The notes under the pieces were generated by a model, which worked only from the letters and a program-made list of their open reading frames with translations, made no database searches and had not been told where the DNA came from. The translations under genes were made by a program, and so were the position numbers. This document shows positions 48,084 to 61,166 of a stretch of DNA of 64,000 nt, piece after piece. Numbering within the stretch: position 1 is the first letter of the stretch; the number at the start of each line of letters is the position of its first letter. The stretch comes from Marsupella aquatica (taxonomy: Eukaryota; Plantae; Marchantiophyta). The DNA lies in NCBI GenBank assembly GCA_973895155.1, contig OZ316899.1, positions 11,471,775-11,535,774 on the forward strand, in the 5' to 3' direction.

Positions 48084-51000
48084 ATGCCCATCACTCGTTC
48101 TCAAGCGGCTTACTTGAGGAGATTCACAAGTGAACGAGAGAGTGCAACCACAACAAGTTCCAAATCTTCACACTTAGAGGACTCACAATCACCTCGACAG
48201 ATGAACATACCACCAAGACCTTTGGGATCCGGTCCAGCAGGTCCTGGTCTGGCCCCTGCTGCACCACTGCCAGCGCCACCTCCACCACTGGCAGCCATGG
48301 CAGCAGCCCCTCTGGCTGTGGCTTGCGTGGCCCAAGCTCCCCCACAAGTATCACAACGATCACGGTTTCATTACCAACCTTTCAAAGGACGTCATGGGGA
48401 TGATCCGGATGAATGGTTGGATGAGTTTGAAGCCACTGCTAAGGCCAACAAAGAGGACGCCATCAAGTTGACAATTCTTCCCGGAGTAATGCGGGGAGAA
48501 GCTTGTCCATGGTACAACTCGCTACAGCCCGGAATCACATGGCCACAATTCCAGGCCGCGTTGTTACAAGAGTTTTGTGCCATCGGAGCGGAGCAGTGTT
48601 CCTTGTTAAAGATTGGTCAGCTTTGCATGGGAAAGAAGGAGTCCTTGCAAAAATTCATTCAGAAGTTCCAGAAACTCGCTGCCAAGATCCGGCCCAGGCC
48701 AGGCAATGCGCTCTAGCTTACATGGTTTCTACATGGATTGCCCACGAATATGCAATTTTGGGTACGCCAAATAACCCAATTTCAATGCAAGCAGCCATTG
48801 CGTGCGCCAAAACATACAAGGAGTCCACCTATAACTCCCAACAAAGCCAACGGGCACAACGAAAGAAGAGCAAGTACCAAACGTTCAGTGACTCCGACTC
48901 AGATGACAAGAAGAAGAAGAAGCGCAAGAAGAAGAAGAAACATCGTTCAACCTCGTCCAGTTTGGAGACGGGGATCTAGTTTGGATTCAACTTTGACCAG
49001 TGGCTCCTCCACCTCAAGCTCATCAGGTAGTGATTCGGAGAGCGAGGCCCAGAGCAAGAAGAAGAAACGATGTGCTAAGAAGGAGGAGAAAGTCAAGCCC
49101 CGCTTTTGCAGAAATGTACCAGATCCCAAGGCTGCCAAAACAGACAAGGTCAATGAAATCACTGATAGTCTCAAGGCATTGTCGGTACATCTTGCGGAGA
49201 AGCCTATGGAAAAGAAGAAGCCGTCCAAAACCCGAGCGCATGCTTGGTGCTCCAAGTGCTTCCAATCAAGGCATGTGGTGCAAGAATGCCCGAGATGGAA
49301 GAATCGTGTCCATCAGGTGGAATTGGATGATGTCGACAGTCCGGCACGAGAATTGGAGTCCACGAAGTACTTCTTCAAAGAACCCCCTGACTCCGTGTAT
49401 CAGATTTCCACGGTGGGCCCTCAAAATTTGGCTGGCAAAACTGCGTATCCATACTAGTGGCAGAGGCTTCCAAGTTATAAGTAACCCGAGCATTCCTCCT
49501 AAGCCAGGGATTTGGCAATCACCGGTTTGTTACAACTGTGAGAAGCTCGGTCACTTTGCGAGGGAATGCACTGAACAAAGATAGCAAGGAGATGGCCGAG
49601 GCATGCCACTGTGTCAAGTTTGCAAAACAGAGGCTCATTCCACGGCTAATTGCTTGTTGATGATAGCAGCACGAGCAAGCACGGCTAGGCTGGCCCCAGG
49701 TGGACCAGCTCTGAGCGATGCAGTCGTTCAAATGATCACCATAGAATTGCAAGATGACACCACCAAGTGGGTCAACCTGGTCAATGTAACAGAGCACCCC
49801 AATCCATCAAATGAGGCCAAATGTTACCGAGTGTCAACCAGATCCAAACGAAAGCAAGAGAAACAGGAAGAGAAACGCAGACGGAAGCAAGATACCATGC
49901 CAGTGCAGCCAACGGTAGAAATACCCCCAAGGACAACGACAACTACCATCAGGATGACCCGAAGCTATTCTATCCCCGCATCAAAGAGTTGGTAAAGCAA
50001 CAGTTGGAAGCATACAAGGCACAAGAGTACCAGAAAGCAATCGATAAAGACCTAAAAGCAGTTGGGGCTGCTCAATGAGAAGAGTAGGAGAAGCGGGAAG
50101 CGGAAGCAAAGCTGCAACCAAAGGAAGAAAAGGAGGAATACGACATTCGGCAAGATGTGAAGAGTTGCCCAGTCACAGCGACAGTAGGACAACTACTCCA
50201 AAATAATCCCCAATACCGGCAGCAACTGAGAGAGTTGCTCACGGGCCGAGGGAGAAGACGGCTATCGCGTGTCGGTGTTGCGGATTGTAATATGATCTGT
50301 GAAGACCTAGGGGCACCAAACATCTTGATCAAGATCAAGGGCTGTACCATCAAGATAGTTCTCGTGGATGGCAGAGCGGGAGTCAATATTATGACTAAGG
50401 AAACATTTGTAAAATTGGGGTACCTCACGTATCAACCCACAGCCTGAGCTATTCGATTAGCAAATGGTGCAAGAGTACTCCCCCTGGGCACGCTCACCAA
50501 GGTCCTCACCCTCGTAGGATCATAGGAGGGGTGGATTTTTATCTAAACTTTTTGGTCATGAGGCCGGTCCGACCATCTTCTTACCCGGTCCTCTTGGGAA
50601 GGCTATAGTCACAGACTGAGGCAAGAAGGAGCTACAATTCGAGACACCCACAATATGAGTATCATGGGCGGTGGACAATTATCAGGGTGAGACTCCACAG
50701 GGACCCGAGGAGTATGATTCAGAGACCTCGGAGGAAGAAGAGCTCAATATGATTGAGCTCATCTCATCCCTTTCCGAGGAAGATGTTTTTGGAATAGAGG
50801 CAACTTGGGAGACGCATCTCCTGAATTATCCAAAGGTTGATATAGATGAGACCACCCCAAGCCTCTCTAGCATTCCGGCGGATGAACAGCACATACAAGC
50901 CATCAGCTCGGAGGATACGGAGGATTCGGCTCCAGCTAAGCAGGGAGCCGATGCTGCCTCTACCTATTTGACTCTACTGACCGGGCACCTGCCAAAGCAT

Positions 51001-52313
51001 TGCTCGAGGCCAAAACCCCAAGCCAAAGCATAAGAGACGAGTCTCCTAGGATCCGTCCATCCCGCTACAAGAGGAAGCAACCCCAATTCCGAAGCCGATC
51101 CCAACGCCACCAATGTATGGAGGGGTTTGGTTAGTCAAGCTAAATGCAAGTCTAGACCCTAACTTGCGTAATCAAGTGGAGGTCATAAGGAAGGAACACT
51201 ATTGGAAGTACACCATCGGGATAAATAAGTCTTTCAACTTAGGCCATGCTCTGAAGGGAGATGCGGAAAAATCCATCCAAGCACTGCTCAAGGAGTATGA
51301 AGATGTGTTTGCATGGAGCCATCACGATTTGACTGGAGTCTCCCCAAAGTTGGGAGATTGAACACATGATCGCTTTAAACTTAGGAGCTCACGCCGTACG
51401 GCAGCGGCAACGCCGTATGAACCCGAGGTACTCCATTTTGGTGAAGGAGGAGATTGATTGTCTTCTGGCCACGGATATCATCTACCCGGTAATGGCCAGT
51501 GATTGGGTGTCTCCCATTGTCATCGTGCCAAAGAAGGGAGGTACGGACGAGAAGCCCAAAATTTGCATCTGCCAGGACTATCGTAAACTAAATGATGCCA
51601 CCCGAAAGGATCACTATCCGTTACCATTCATGGATATGGTTCTGGATATGGTAGCCCATAATGAAATCTATACATTCCTCGACGGGTATTCGGGTTACAA
51701 TCAAATCTGGATCCAACTCTTGGATCAGCTTAAAACAACGTTCACTACGGAGTGGGGGATGCTTGCATTTTGCAGAATGCCGTTTGGATTGTGTAGCGCC
51801 CCGGCCATGTTCCAGAGACTCATGATGAATATCTTCCATGACTTCCTACGAGAATTCCTGGAAATATTTATTGATGACTTTGCCATCTTTGGAGCGATCG
51901 CCATGCACCCCAAACATTTATGATGTATGCTACAACAATGTAGAGAAGTAAATTTAAAGCTTCATCCGGCTAAATGCTTTTTTGGAGTAGAGGAGGGGGT
52001 GTTACTCGGGCATCGTGTGTCTAAACGGGGTATCGAGGTAGACCAGGAGAAGGTTGCGGCCTCGATGGTGGTAGTATTCCCCGTGGATCAAAAAGCTATA
52101 CGGTCATTCTTAGGCTGAGTAGGGTACTATCGTTGATTCATCAAAGATTTTGCTAAAATTGCGTTACCCCTAACGGAGATGATGTAGAAGGATGCGGTGA
52201 TTGAAGAAACGCCCCGACGGTGCATAGCCTTTGAAGAACTCCAGCGCTGACTCATCACGACACCTATCATGGTACGTAACCCCAGATTGGAATAAGGAAT
52301 TCCATGTGTACGT
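48084..52313 (+). pseudogene. Family D gag-protease-RT-start of RNase H, heavily degenerate and truncated
   Basis: MPITRS, SQRSRFHYQPFKG, CYNCEKLGHFAREC, DYRKLND, MPFGLCSAP, FIDDF and WNKEFHVYV. Many stops. Closely similar to family A gag. Confidence 0.92.
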
Positions 52314-52886
52314 CATTGTTTCAGTGTGATATCATGGCTATGTCCAAAGAAATTAAAAAATGAAATTTTTTGAAATTTTTGTTTCATTACCGAGTACCCA
52401 GAAATGGCTACAAAGTCTAGTTTACAGTCCAAAATCCAGACATATCCGGATAACACTCTTTTTGGAACTTTAAAATACCGGTACAATCGCACCATGAGAG
52501 AAGGCGTATGAGAAGGAAGATAAAACCATAAGTTCAACATCCAACCGGAGACTGAGACTTGGTTTCCAAGTTCTTAAGGCAATTGTTTGGGCTACAGTCC
52601 ACACCCCAAGACGCTAAGGAAATCTTTAGTCTGAACTATTGGAGAGAATAGAGCCGGACAAGGTTGCCAATTTGAGGCATTAGGCATGAGGAAGTTGGTG
52701 ACGGGGGAAGTGGTGATCGTTTGCTTGAGTGGGGAAGAGAAGTCAAAACTTTTGAGTTTCGGATTTGAGACTCGTGATAGGAATTCTGGAATTTCACTAG
52801 GGTTTGGAATTTGTTTTCTCTCTCCATCGCTCATGCAAAGTTGATGGAGTTTCCCTCGGGTTACCAGGTGCCATATTCATCAAAGA

Positions 52887-54084
52887 GGTCTGGAACCGTT
52901 CTACTCTAATTTCAAATTTCCGGATTTGATTAGAGCCAAACCCAAAAAGTGGACCGCGGCAGTTATTTCATTGCTTTTGGATGTGCCTTTGAAAGGAAAA
53001 GGCTTCCTAACCTCGAAGAACAATTTTGCTGATAATTACTTTGACGGGGAAGTTGATCCGAAAGATGGATGGAAAGGTGTTCCAGTGCTGTAATGAGGAG
53101 TTTTTTTATGTTTTATCCTTTCTGCTACCGATTCTCTCCCCTGCCAAGCCTCAACGAGTTACAATCCAGATGGGGAACACAATTGCTGCTTCTTACATAG
53201 GAGAGAAGAAGATTTCCTGGGCCAAAGTTTTGGAGGAAGTTATAGCCAAGGAGGTCCAAAATCTTCATTTGAAGACCCCCACCTCCCTTTCTTGCTATCT
53301 GGCCAATCTGTACTTGATGGACCGGATACTTACAGATGAAGAGGCGGAGGAGTACAAGAATTGAGCAATGTTGGCACAGCTTGGAGATCCGGATCAGCCA
53401 CACTCCGAGCCGATTGACTCAAAGGAAGAAGCCCCAGTTGAGATCCGGAATCCTAAGATTAGAAGAGGAGTAGTACGAAGTCCGAAACCGGATCCAGTTG
53501 AAGATCTGAAACCTGTCCAAAGACCGAAAAGTAGAGGGAGTCTTCCGGGTGTGACCCCCATTCCAAGTGGATAGCATCAGCAGAGTTGGAACATGTCTGG
53601 ACATTCGTGGAGAGTGCAACCAGAAAGGCTAAGCAGCTCAATGATCTTGTAGGGAAAGTTGTTGAGATGCTCAACTGCAGTCCGGTTGTCATCATTTCCA
53701 TTTTGGATATGGTGATTAAAAGTCAGGCCAAGAAGAGAATCTGGGACTTGGAAGACCAAGTAGACAAGGACAGAACAAATGGAGAAATGGAGAAAGTGGA
53801 GAAAGTGATTTTGGAGAAATGGAGGAATGGAGAAAGTGATTTTGGATGCGAAGTCCATGTTGACCCTTGCTAGAATCCGGATTCCGGAATCTGGTATGTC
53901 CTCTGTGATTCTAGATGCAGTTGAAGCAGAAGGCACTCCACCTGGGTTTGAGAAGGTTGAGTTCCACTTTCCGTCAGTGTCACCTTTGACTATCAGTCCC
54001 CGGCGCAGTCCTCCCTTGGACCCGAAGGATCTAGAGACTACTACAAGTTTAAGGACACCTACTTCTCAGAAGCCTGCTAGCTAG
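52887..54084 (+). pseudogene. Degenerate PMD/Transposase_32-like accessory gene of family F
   Basis: My translation: FYSNFKFPDLIRAKPKKWTAAVISLLLDVPLKGKG..YFDGEVDPKDGWK, then a frameshift, then VFQCCN..LSFLLPILSPAKP..ISWAKVL..TSLSCYLANLY. Colinear with the core of the 815-aa protein. Confidence 0.68.
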
Positions 54085-54851
54085 TCTAGTTGATATTGCA
54101 CGTGAGCGAGTTAGAGTAGAGATAGAAGATGATTCTCCAGTAGTTTTGTAGTTTTGTAGTTCATTAGAAGTTAGAGTTAGGACTTCCGGATCCAGTTAGG
54201 ATCAAAATCCGGATTTTGTAGTAAACCCGGAACTCCCTTTCCAGAGGTTGCCTTATACTCATTTCCGGATCTTCCTTTGTTGTCACTTCCGGATTTTGAA
54301 TTACAGTTACTTTTCTTTCCATGAAAACCGGAAATGGTACTTTACCTTTTGGGATCTTTCCCCCTTTTCCTCTAGAATTTTAAGTAGATGACAGCTAACT
54401 TTTCTTTTAAGTTCTCAGTTTCTGTTGGAAGCATAGAAGCTCCTCCTCAGGTGCTCTTGTTGAGCCTTGACCTGTTGTGAGTAAAATTGCAGACTCCTTC
54501 TCCTGTTGAGAAGTTAATACTTAGAAAATTTGACATCATACTTGGAAATTGAATTTTGATTTGAATTACTCATGTGAATTCTTGGTAGCATTGAACTCCT
54601 GCTGTTTCAGTAGTCGAAATGGAATACTTCCTTACCATGAGTAATCATCTAAATTTGATTGATGTTAGAATACACTTAACCCTAACTCATAGAGTGATAC
54701 AAAGGGGTATATAGGGACTAGATATAGAGAGCCATGAGACTAGGAGAAGGTAGTTATAACCATCCAATGTGTAACACCTTATAAGCCACATTGGCTCATG
54801 AAAAGATTATTCTTATGTTGTTGGTGTATGAATTATAACCATCGTCTAACA

Positions 54852-54863
54852 CGTTATCAGCAC
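54852..54863 (+). promoter_or_regulatory. PBS complementary to the anticodon arm of tRNA-Ile (half-tRNA priming, Bianca type)
   Basis: CGTTATCAGCAC directly after the LTR, and again at 61332-61343. Assignment from my recollection of tRNA-Ile(IAU). Confidence 0.7.
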
Positions 54864-55010
54864 ATGATTTTGCTCCTCCAACAACTCTCGAGCTACTCAT
54901 AGGCCTCTTGTGAATTTTTTCCTATTCCTGTGAACGAAGCATCGAACGACATTCCCCAAGACACATTTTTTATTTTTTTCGCCAAGTACACCACAAAATT
55001 TTCATCGACT

Positions 55011-58000
55011 ATGACAACATTGGAGAAGCTCCAATTCCCATTGCTCGCAACAGATGGCGACAATTATTTATCTTGGGCACAGAATACAGAAATTGTTCTC
55101 AACATGAAAGGCCTCGGTGACATTATCTTAGTAGATATCAATGGCACAATTACAACAAAAGGCTCAAGCACTGTATATCATTCGCCATCACCTCACTACC
55201 GAACTATAACTTGAATACCTTACAGAGTTTAATCCCCGAGCCCTATGGGACACTCTCAAATTGAGGTTCGACCATCTGCGTCTAATTTCCCTACCAGCTG
55301 CACAAAATGAATGGATTCATTTATGAGTTCTAGACTACCCTACAATTGCCAAATTCAATAGCGCCTTATTTCGGATAACTACTCAGCTAGCAGTCTGCGG
55401 CGAACCAATCGATGAAGCAGCAAAGATCGAAAAGACTCTTTCTACATTCTCGGCAGCGAACATGCAGTTATCGCAGATTTATAGACAACGCCATTTCACC
55501 CAATTCTCAGATTTGATTGCAGTCATGCTCCTGGCTGAAAAGAATGACCTCCTCCTTTTGAGGAACTCTCGCGAGCGACCACCAGGCATGCTTCCTAAAC
55601 TGGAAATACAATTCACGAATACCAATAGAGGTAATTCCTCTCACAATCGACCTCGTGGCCAATTTAAAGGCAATCCAAGTCGTTTTAATAAATTCCACAA
55701 GAGACAACAATTTTGCACAGACAAAGGCAAAAAACTTCAAGCCTCCCATGAATTCTTGGTATCGTAACCCCAACCATATGCCAAATAAACCTGCACAGAA
55801 TTATCCCACAAATAATCAGCCCAAGTGTTTCCGTTGCGGTGGGACACGGCATATCCAAAAGAACTGCAGAGTTCAAGCTCACCTAGTCAAACTATACCAG
55901 GCCTCCCTCACAACATCCAACACCTTAACAGCCGCACATCACTTGGAGATCGATGATGATCTCTCCAAATACACGCTTGCACCTCCCCCACCAGAGGTTC
56001 ACATAATATCACATGAAGTAAATGACACATCTCTCGCCGGTGCTGATATTTGCATTCTTGACAGCGGCAATTCTCACTCAATCCTAAAAGACAAATGTTA
56101 TTTCCAGCACATATACCCATCAAATAGACCTGTGACTACTATCACAGGTATAAACCAATTAGAGGAAGGCCATGGACCTGCCCAACTTACCCTTCCTCAA
56201 GGCACAACCATTAAAATTGCATCTGCCATATATGCCCCACTCGCAACACGGAACTTACTAAGTTTCCATGATGTCCGTCAAAACAATCTCCATATACGCT
56301 CGGCACCCGACAACCACATAAACTCTCTACAGATTTTTTGAGAAACTGATAATGGCCCCATCACACTAGAGACATTACCACTCCATCCCCCCGACATTTA
56401 TGTCACTAAGATCATGTCTTACAATTCCCAACGACAACCCTTATCACCCACAGAACTATGGCACTTCCGCCTTGGCCACCCTGGCCCAGGAATGTACCAC
56501 AAAATCCTCAAGAACACCATGGGCATCCCCCAAGGTGTCCATCCATCATCTAAACATGAGACATGCATCCCATGTGCACAAGGCAAATTGATTACAATGC
56601 CTGCCACCACTAAAAACACCTACCACATACCTGATTTCCTCTCACAGATAAACGTGGATGTCTGCGGCCCAATAGACCCACCAAGTGGACCATTTCGGTT
56701 CTTTCTAGTGATGATATGCTCATCCACGAAATGGTCCTCGGTCTCACTAATCTCCACCCGAAACCTGGTATTTGCTCGCCTACTAACTCAGATTATACGC
56801 CTAAGAACTCAATTCCCTGACTCAGCTACCAAGACAATAAGAATCGACAATGCTGGTGAATTCACATCACCTGCCTTCGACGATTTCTGCCAAGCCCTGG
56901 GTATCACCATTCAATACTCGGTACCATATGTACATTTCCAAAATGGCGCTGCAGAAGCAATGATCAAACGTATACAACTTATCTCAAGACCTATATTACT
57001 ACAGACACAATTGCCACTTACAGCTTGGGGACATGCTGTACTCCACGGTGCCGCATTATTAAGGTACAGACCATCGGCCTTCAACACTTACACACCACAT
57101 CAGCTAGCATATGGATCTACACCAGACGTTACACACCTGAAAATGTTTGGCTGTCTTGTTCTCGTCCCAATTCTAGGCCCTAAACATACTAAAATGGGAC
57201 CACAGCGGCAACGCGGCATCTATGTGGGATTCGACTCTCCTTCAATCGTCAAGTACCTCGAACCAACTACAGCTGATGTGTTCCGAGCTAGATACCAGGA
57301 TTGTAAATTCTGTGAGGATATTTTTCCCCCACTCCTTACCCCTGCACAACTCTACAAACAGAACACTCTAACCCCTACGTTAGAATGGACAACTAAGGAC
57401 CCATTCTGGAATGACCCCCGTACACAACTCACAAACGACAAAGTAAAGCGCATCCTGAATCTTCACCGAATCATGGAAAAAATACCAGACGCCTTTAATG
57501 ATGCTGTTGCTGCCACGAAATCCCATATAGAAGCAGCTAACGTCCCTGCCAGAATTTCCATGCCCGATACCCGAGCCACAGACCATGCCCCCAAGGCAAA
57601 GAGAGGCAGACCCCTTGGATCCAAAGACTCCAGATCACGATAGAAGAAACCTGTATCAACACAGCTCTACTTACGTTCACCGGGAACTACACTGGTCGAT
57701 AACGAAGAAATATCAATACATTACATGCATACCGGGCACTTATGGCCTAGAGATATAACTGAACCTGACGAACATTTTGCCTTTCTTATCTCCCAAGATA
57801 TATCCAGTGACTTACCAGATCCCCGGAATATTAAAGAAGCTCAACAACGTCCCGATTGGCCTAAATGGGACTCTGCCATTAACTCCGAGCTCGACTCACT
57901 CATAAGCCGCCAAGTATTTGGACAGATTCAAATTGTACCTGCTGAACAACATCTCACAGGATACAAAATTACACTAGTACGTAAACGAAATGCAACAGGC

Positions 58001-59683
58001 AAAGTAGTCCGCTACAAAGCCCGACTCGTTGCTAGAGGCTATACGCAAATCTATGGAAAAGACTATGACTTGACTCATTCCCCGGTTATGGACTCTATCA
58101 CTTGCAGATTCTTGATTGCCTTCGCTCTTACACACAAACTCCTAATGCACCTTATGGACGTTGTTACCGCTTACCTTTATGGCATACTCGACACTGATAT
58201 CCATATGAAAGCTCCACCCGAGCTAATTCAAAGAGTAACCTTCCACATTAAGGGGGAGCATCAAACTACTCTATCCCCGGACATACAGTCGGGTATTGAT
58301 AAGATTGTTCCTACACAGGAACTTAAGGATTACCTTGTTCAATCAGGCCCACTGGTACCTGAACAAATAACTGAACACTTATCAGAGGATCAGAACGTAC
58401 ATGAAAAGCAAATTGCTCATGGTGAACATCAAACGAATTCTTCATTGAATTCCCTGGGTTTACCCACAGAGGTAAACCTCGTTCATCAGAGGATACCTAA
58501 ACCTCAAAAACCAGCAAAAGCATTTGCTGTACAGGTTCTTCGATCCATTTATGGCTTAAAACAGAGTGGCCGTATTTGGTACAAGCGCTTCCGTGCTGAG
58601 ATGATAGCACTTGGTTTCGTGAATGAGGACATCGCTCCCTGCCTATTCATAAAACGAGCTGGAACTGAATTAATTATCATAGCAATCTATGTAGATGATA
58701 TAAATCTTATGGGCACTAAGCTTCTTATGGAACAAACAATTACAACACTCAAAGGCATCTTCGCAATGAAGGATATTGGGACACCCCTTTTCTGCCTTGG
58801 CATTCAATTCGAACACTTACCTAATGGCATTCTGATTCACCAATCCACATATACTAGGAAGATGTTAAAACAATTTAATATGGACAAGTCATACCCTGTC
58901 ACAACACCTATGGAACTTCGCTCCTTAGATTCATCCAAAGATATGTACAAGCGCAGAACTGAACAAGAATCGATCTTGGGCCCAGAGAAACCTTACCTCT
59001 CAGCTATAGGCGCCTTGATGTACCTGGCAAGCCAGACACGCCCGGATATCTCCTTCGCTGTCAACTTGTTGGCTCGCCACAGCTCTCAGCCAACGATAAG
59101 ACATTGGAACGGTATCAAGAGAATTTTGCGCTACCTCCAAGGTACGTATGACACTGGCCTCTACTTTCCTAAAGATATGCCTAATGAACTGATTGGTTTC
59201 GCTAATGCAGGTTACCTCTCCGATCCCGATGATGCCAAGTCCCAGACGGGCTATGTCTTCCTGCAAGGATCCACGGCAATATCCTGGAAAAGTACTAAGC
59301 AGACACTGACAACAACTTCCTCCAACCATGCGGAAATAATCGCCCTATACGAAGCTAGTCGCGAATGCTTATGGCTTCGCCAACTTATCAACCATATCCA
59401 CGTCTCCACCGGTCAAGAAGTCCTCACCAAACCAACAATCATCTACGAAGATAACAGACCCTGCATTGACCAAATTGCTAAAGGATTTATCAAGGGAGAT
59501 CGAATTAAGCACATAGCACCTAAATTCTTCCATACACATGAACAACATGGCGATCAGATTAACGTTCAATGGATACCTTCCAAAGACAATTGCGCCGACC
59601 TATTCACGAAGCCCTTACCTCGTGTCCTGCACGAAGCACACTCGACAGGAATCGGCCTACGCAAACTCTCGGATTTTCCCTAG
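55011..59683 (+). pseudogene. Copia gag-pol polyprotein with stops and frameshifts
   Basis: CFRCGGTRHIQKNC, ILDSGNSH, LWHFRLGHP, RIDNAGEF, YKARLVARG, IYVDDI and ADLFTKPL. Split into at least five ORFs. Confidence 0.94.
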
Positions 59684-60634
59684 TACCTAAATGCCCTCGA
59701 CTACTCGTTTCAGGCATTATTATTACGATCACCCTAAACCCGTAATACCTGGTAGAATGACACATTACTACTTAGCATATACTCAGTCCCCTCAACTTAA
59801 CGAACTTATTACATGTAAGACAGTGATACTCTTTTTACCCCAAAGAAGAAAGCAGGGGGTTTTTAATGAGATCATGTCGTTTATAAGTTCTAATATACCC
59901 TGAATTAGGATTAACTCTATTCTATAGAATGGTTACTTTCTATTAAAGTAACCAAGGGGGAGTGTTAGAATACACTTAACCCTAACTCATAGAGTGATAC
60001 AAAGGGGTATATAGGGACTAGATATAGAGAGCCATGAGACTAGGAGAAGGTAGTTATAACCATCCAATGTGTAACACCTTATAAGCCACATTGGCTCATG
60101 AAAAGATTATTCTTATGTTGTTGGTGTATGAATTATAACCATCGTCTAACAATTGAGAAGTTATCAATTTGACAATCTAGAAATTTTTGTGTGAGAAGAT
60201 GTCAATTCAAGCATTCTAGTACCGTCGTTGCTTGTTGACCAGAAAGAATTATTGGTTTGATAACTAGATCTCCATGTCAATTTTTAGTTAATGTAGGATG
60301 TCTATTCTAAATTCGGCCATGTTGTGAGCTCTATTGCATTTTGAATCTTAAACAGCCAGGGGGATCGTCATTTTCCATCATCTCTTCTCATGAGCCAATT
60401 GAAAAGACATTCCTACTACTCATTTTTCATATCTTTCTTTAATTGTTAGTTTTGTGCATTGATTACCATCAATCCTCCGGAGAGAGAACTCCTTGGCAAG
60501 GTTATGCCCAATTAACATCCTATTTGTTCTTTTCAGTACCAATTCACTTTTCATTAACTCTTCAAGGGAACAAATTCAGGTCTTTAGATGTTAAAGTGTT
60601 ATTTAACAATCTACCCACTCTACCACACGCTTTT

Positions 60635-60652
60635 TGGCGCCGTTGTCGGGGA
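60635..60652 (+). promoter_or_regulatory. PBS, tRNA-Asp (Athila type)
   Basis: TGGCGCCGTTGTCGGGGA. Confidence 0.85.
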
Positions 60653-61166
60653 GTGACCTGAGAAGTGAAGGTACTTTGATAGATTTGAGTTGTGCAAAGA
60701 TTGAAGTAATTAAAGGAGACCATTTCAAGAGAGACCCTCCTGAGAGGAAGTCCCTAAGAGTGAGCAGCCTCAAATCAATTCAAGCTTGTAGTGGACGGAA
60801 GTGGTGAAATCAGCACAATGGAAGGAGCGTATTTGAATGGATATGTTGGTACTACAGAAGAACCTGAGCACGAAAACATTCATTAAACATGAGAAGCAAA
60901 CCATATACAATCTTTAATGCTTCTAGAGCCTTCCAATTAGAGTATGTGCATGCATTGGAGACTATGGATTTTGAAGAAGATCACTTTCCTTTGAAGGAGC
61001 GAAAGGAATTAATTGCAAAAATGAAGAGCATTTTAGCAAAGGGAAACAGAGATTCAAACAAGCACTCCAACAAGAAGTTATAGAGTGGAGTTGCGGAGAA
61101 ATCCGGATTTGGGAGGAAATTCGGACAAAATTAATAACTCCGGATATGGTATCTCAAATTGGTAAT

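Larger units (their letters stand above)
54663..60151 (+). mobile_element. Full-length Ty1/Copia element (Bianca-like), 5,489 bp
   Basis: 189-bp LTRs at 54663-54851 and 59963-60151, TSD ATTGA at 54658-54662 and 60152-60156, PBS CGTTATCAGCAC, PPT AAGGGGGAG, and gag-PR-INT-RT-RH order. Confidence 0.97.
52315..60627 (+). mobile_element. Athila-type (family F) LTR region, left end not seen, interrupted by a Copia element
   Basis: Ends ..CCACA shortly before a tRNA-Asp PBS. AT-rich with many TCCGGA motifs. Boundaries approximate. Confidence 0.55.
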
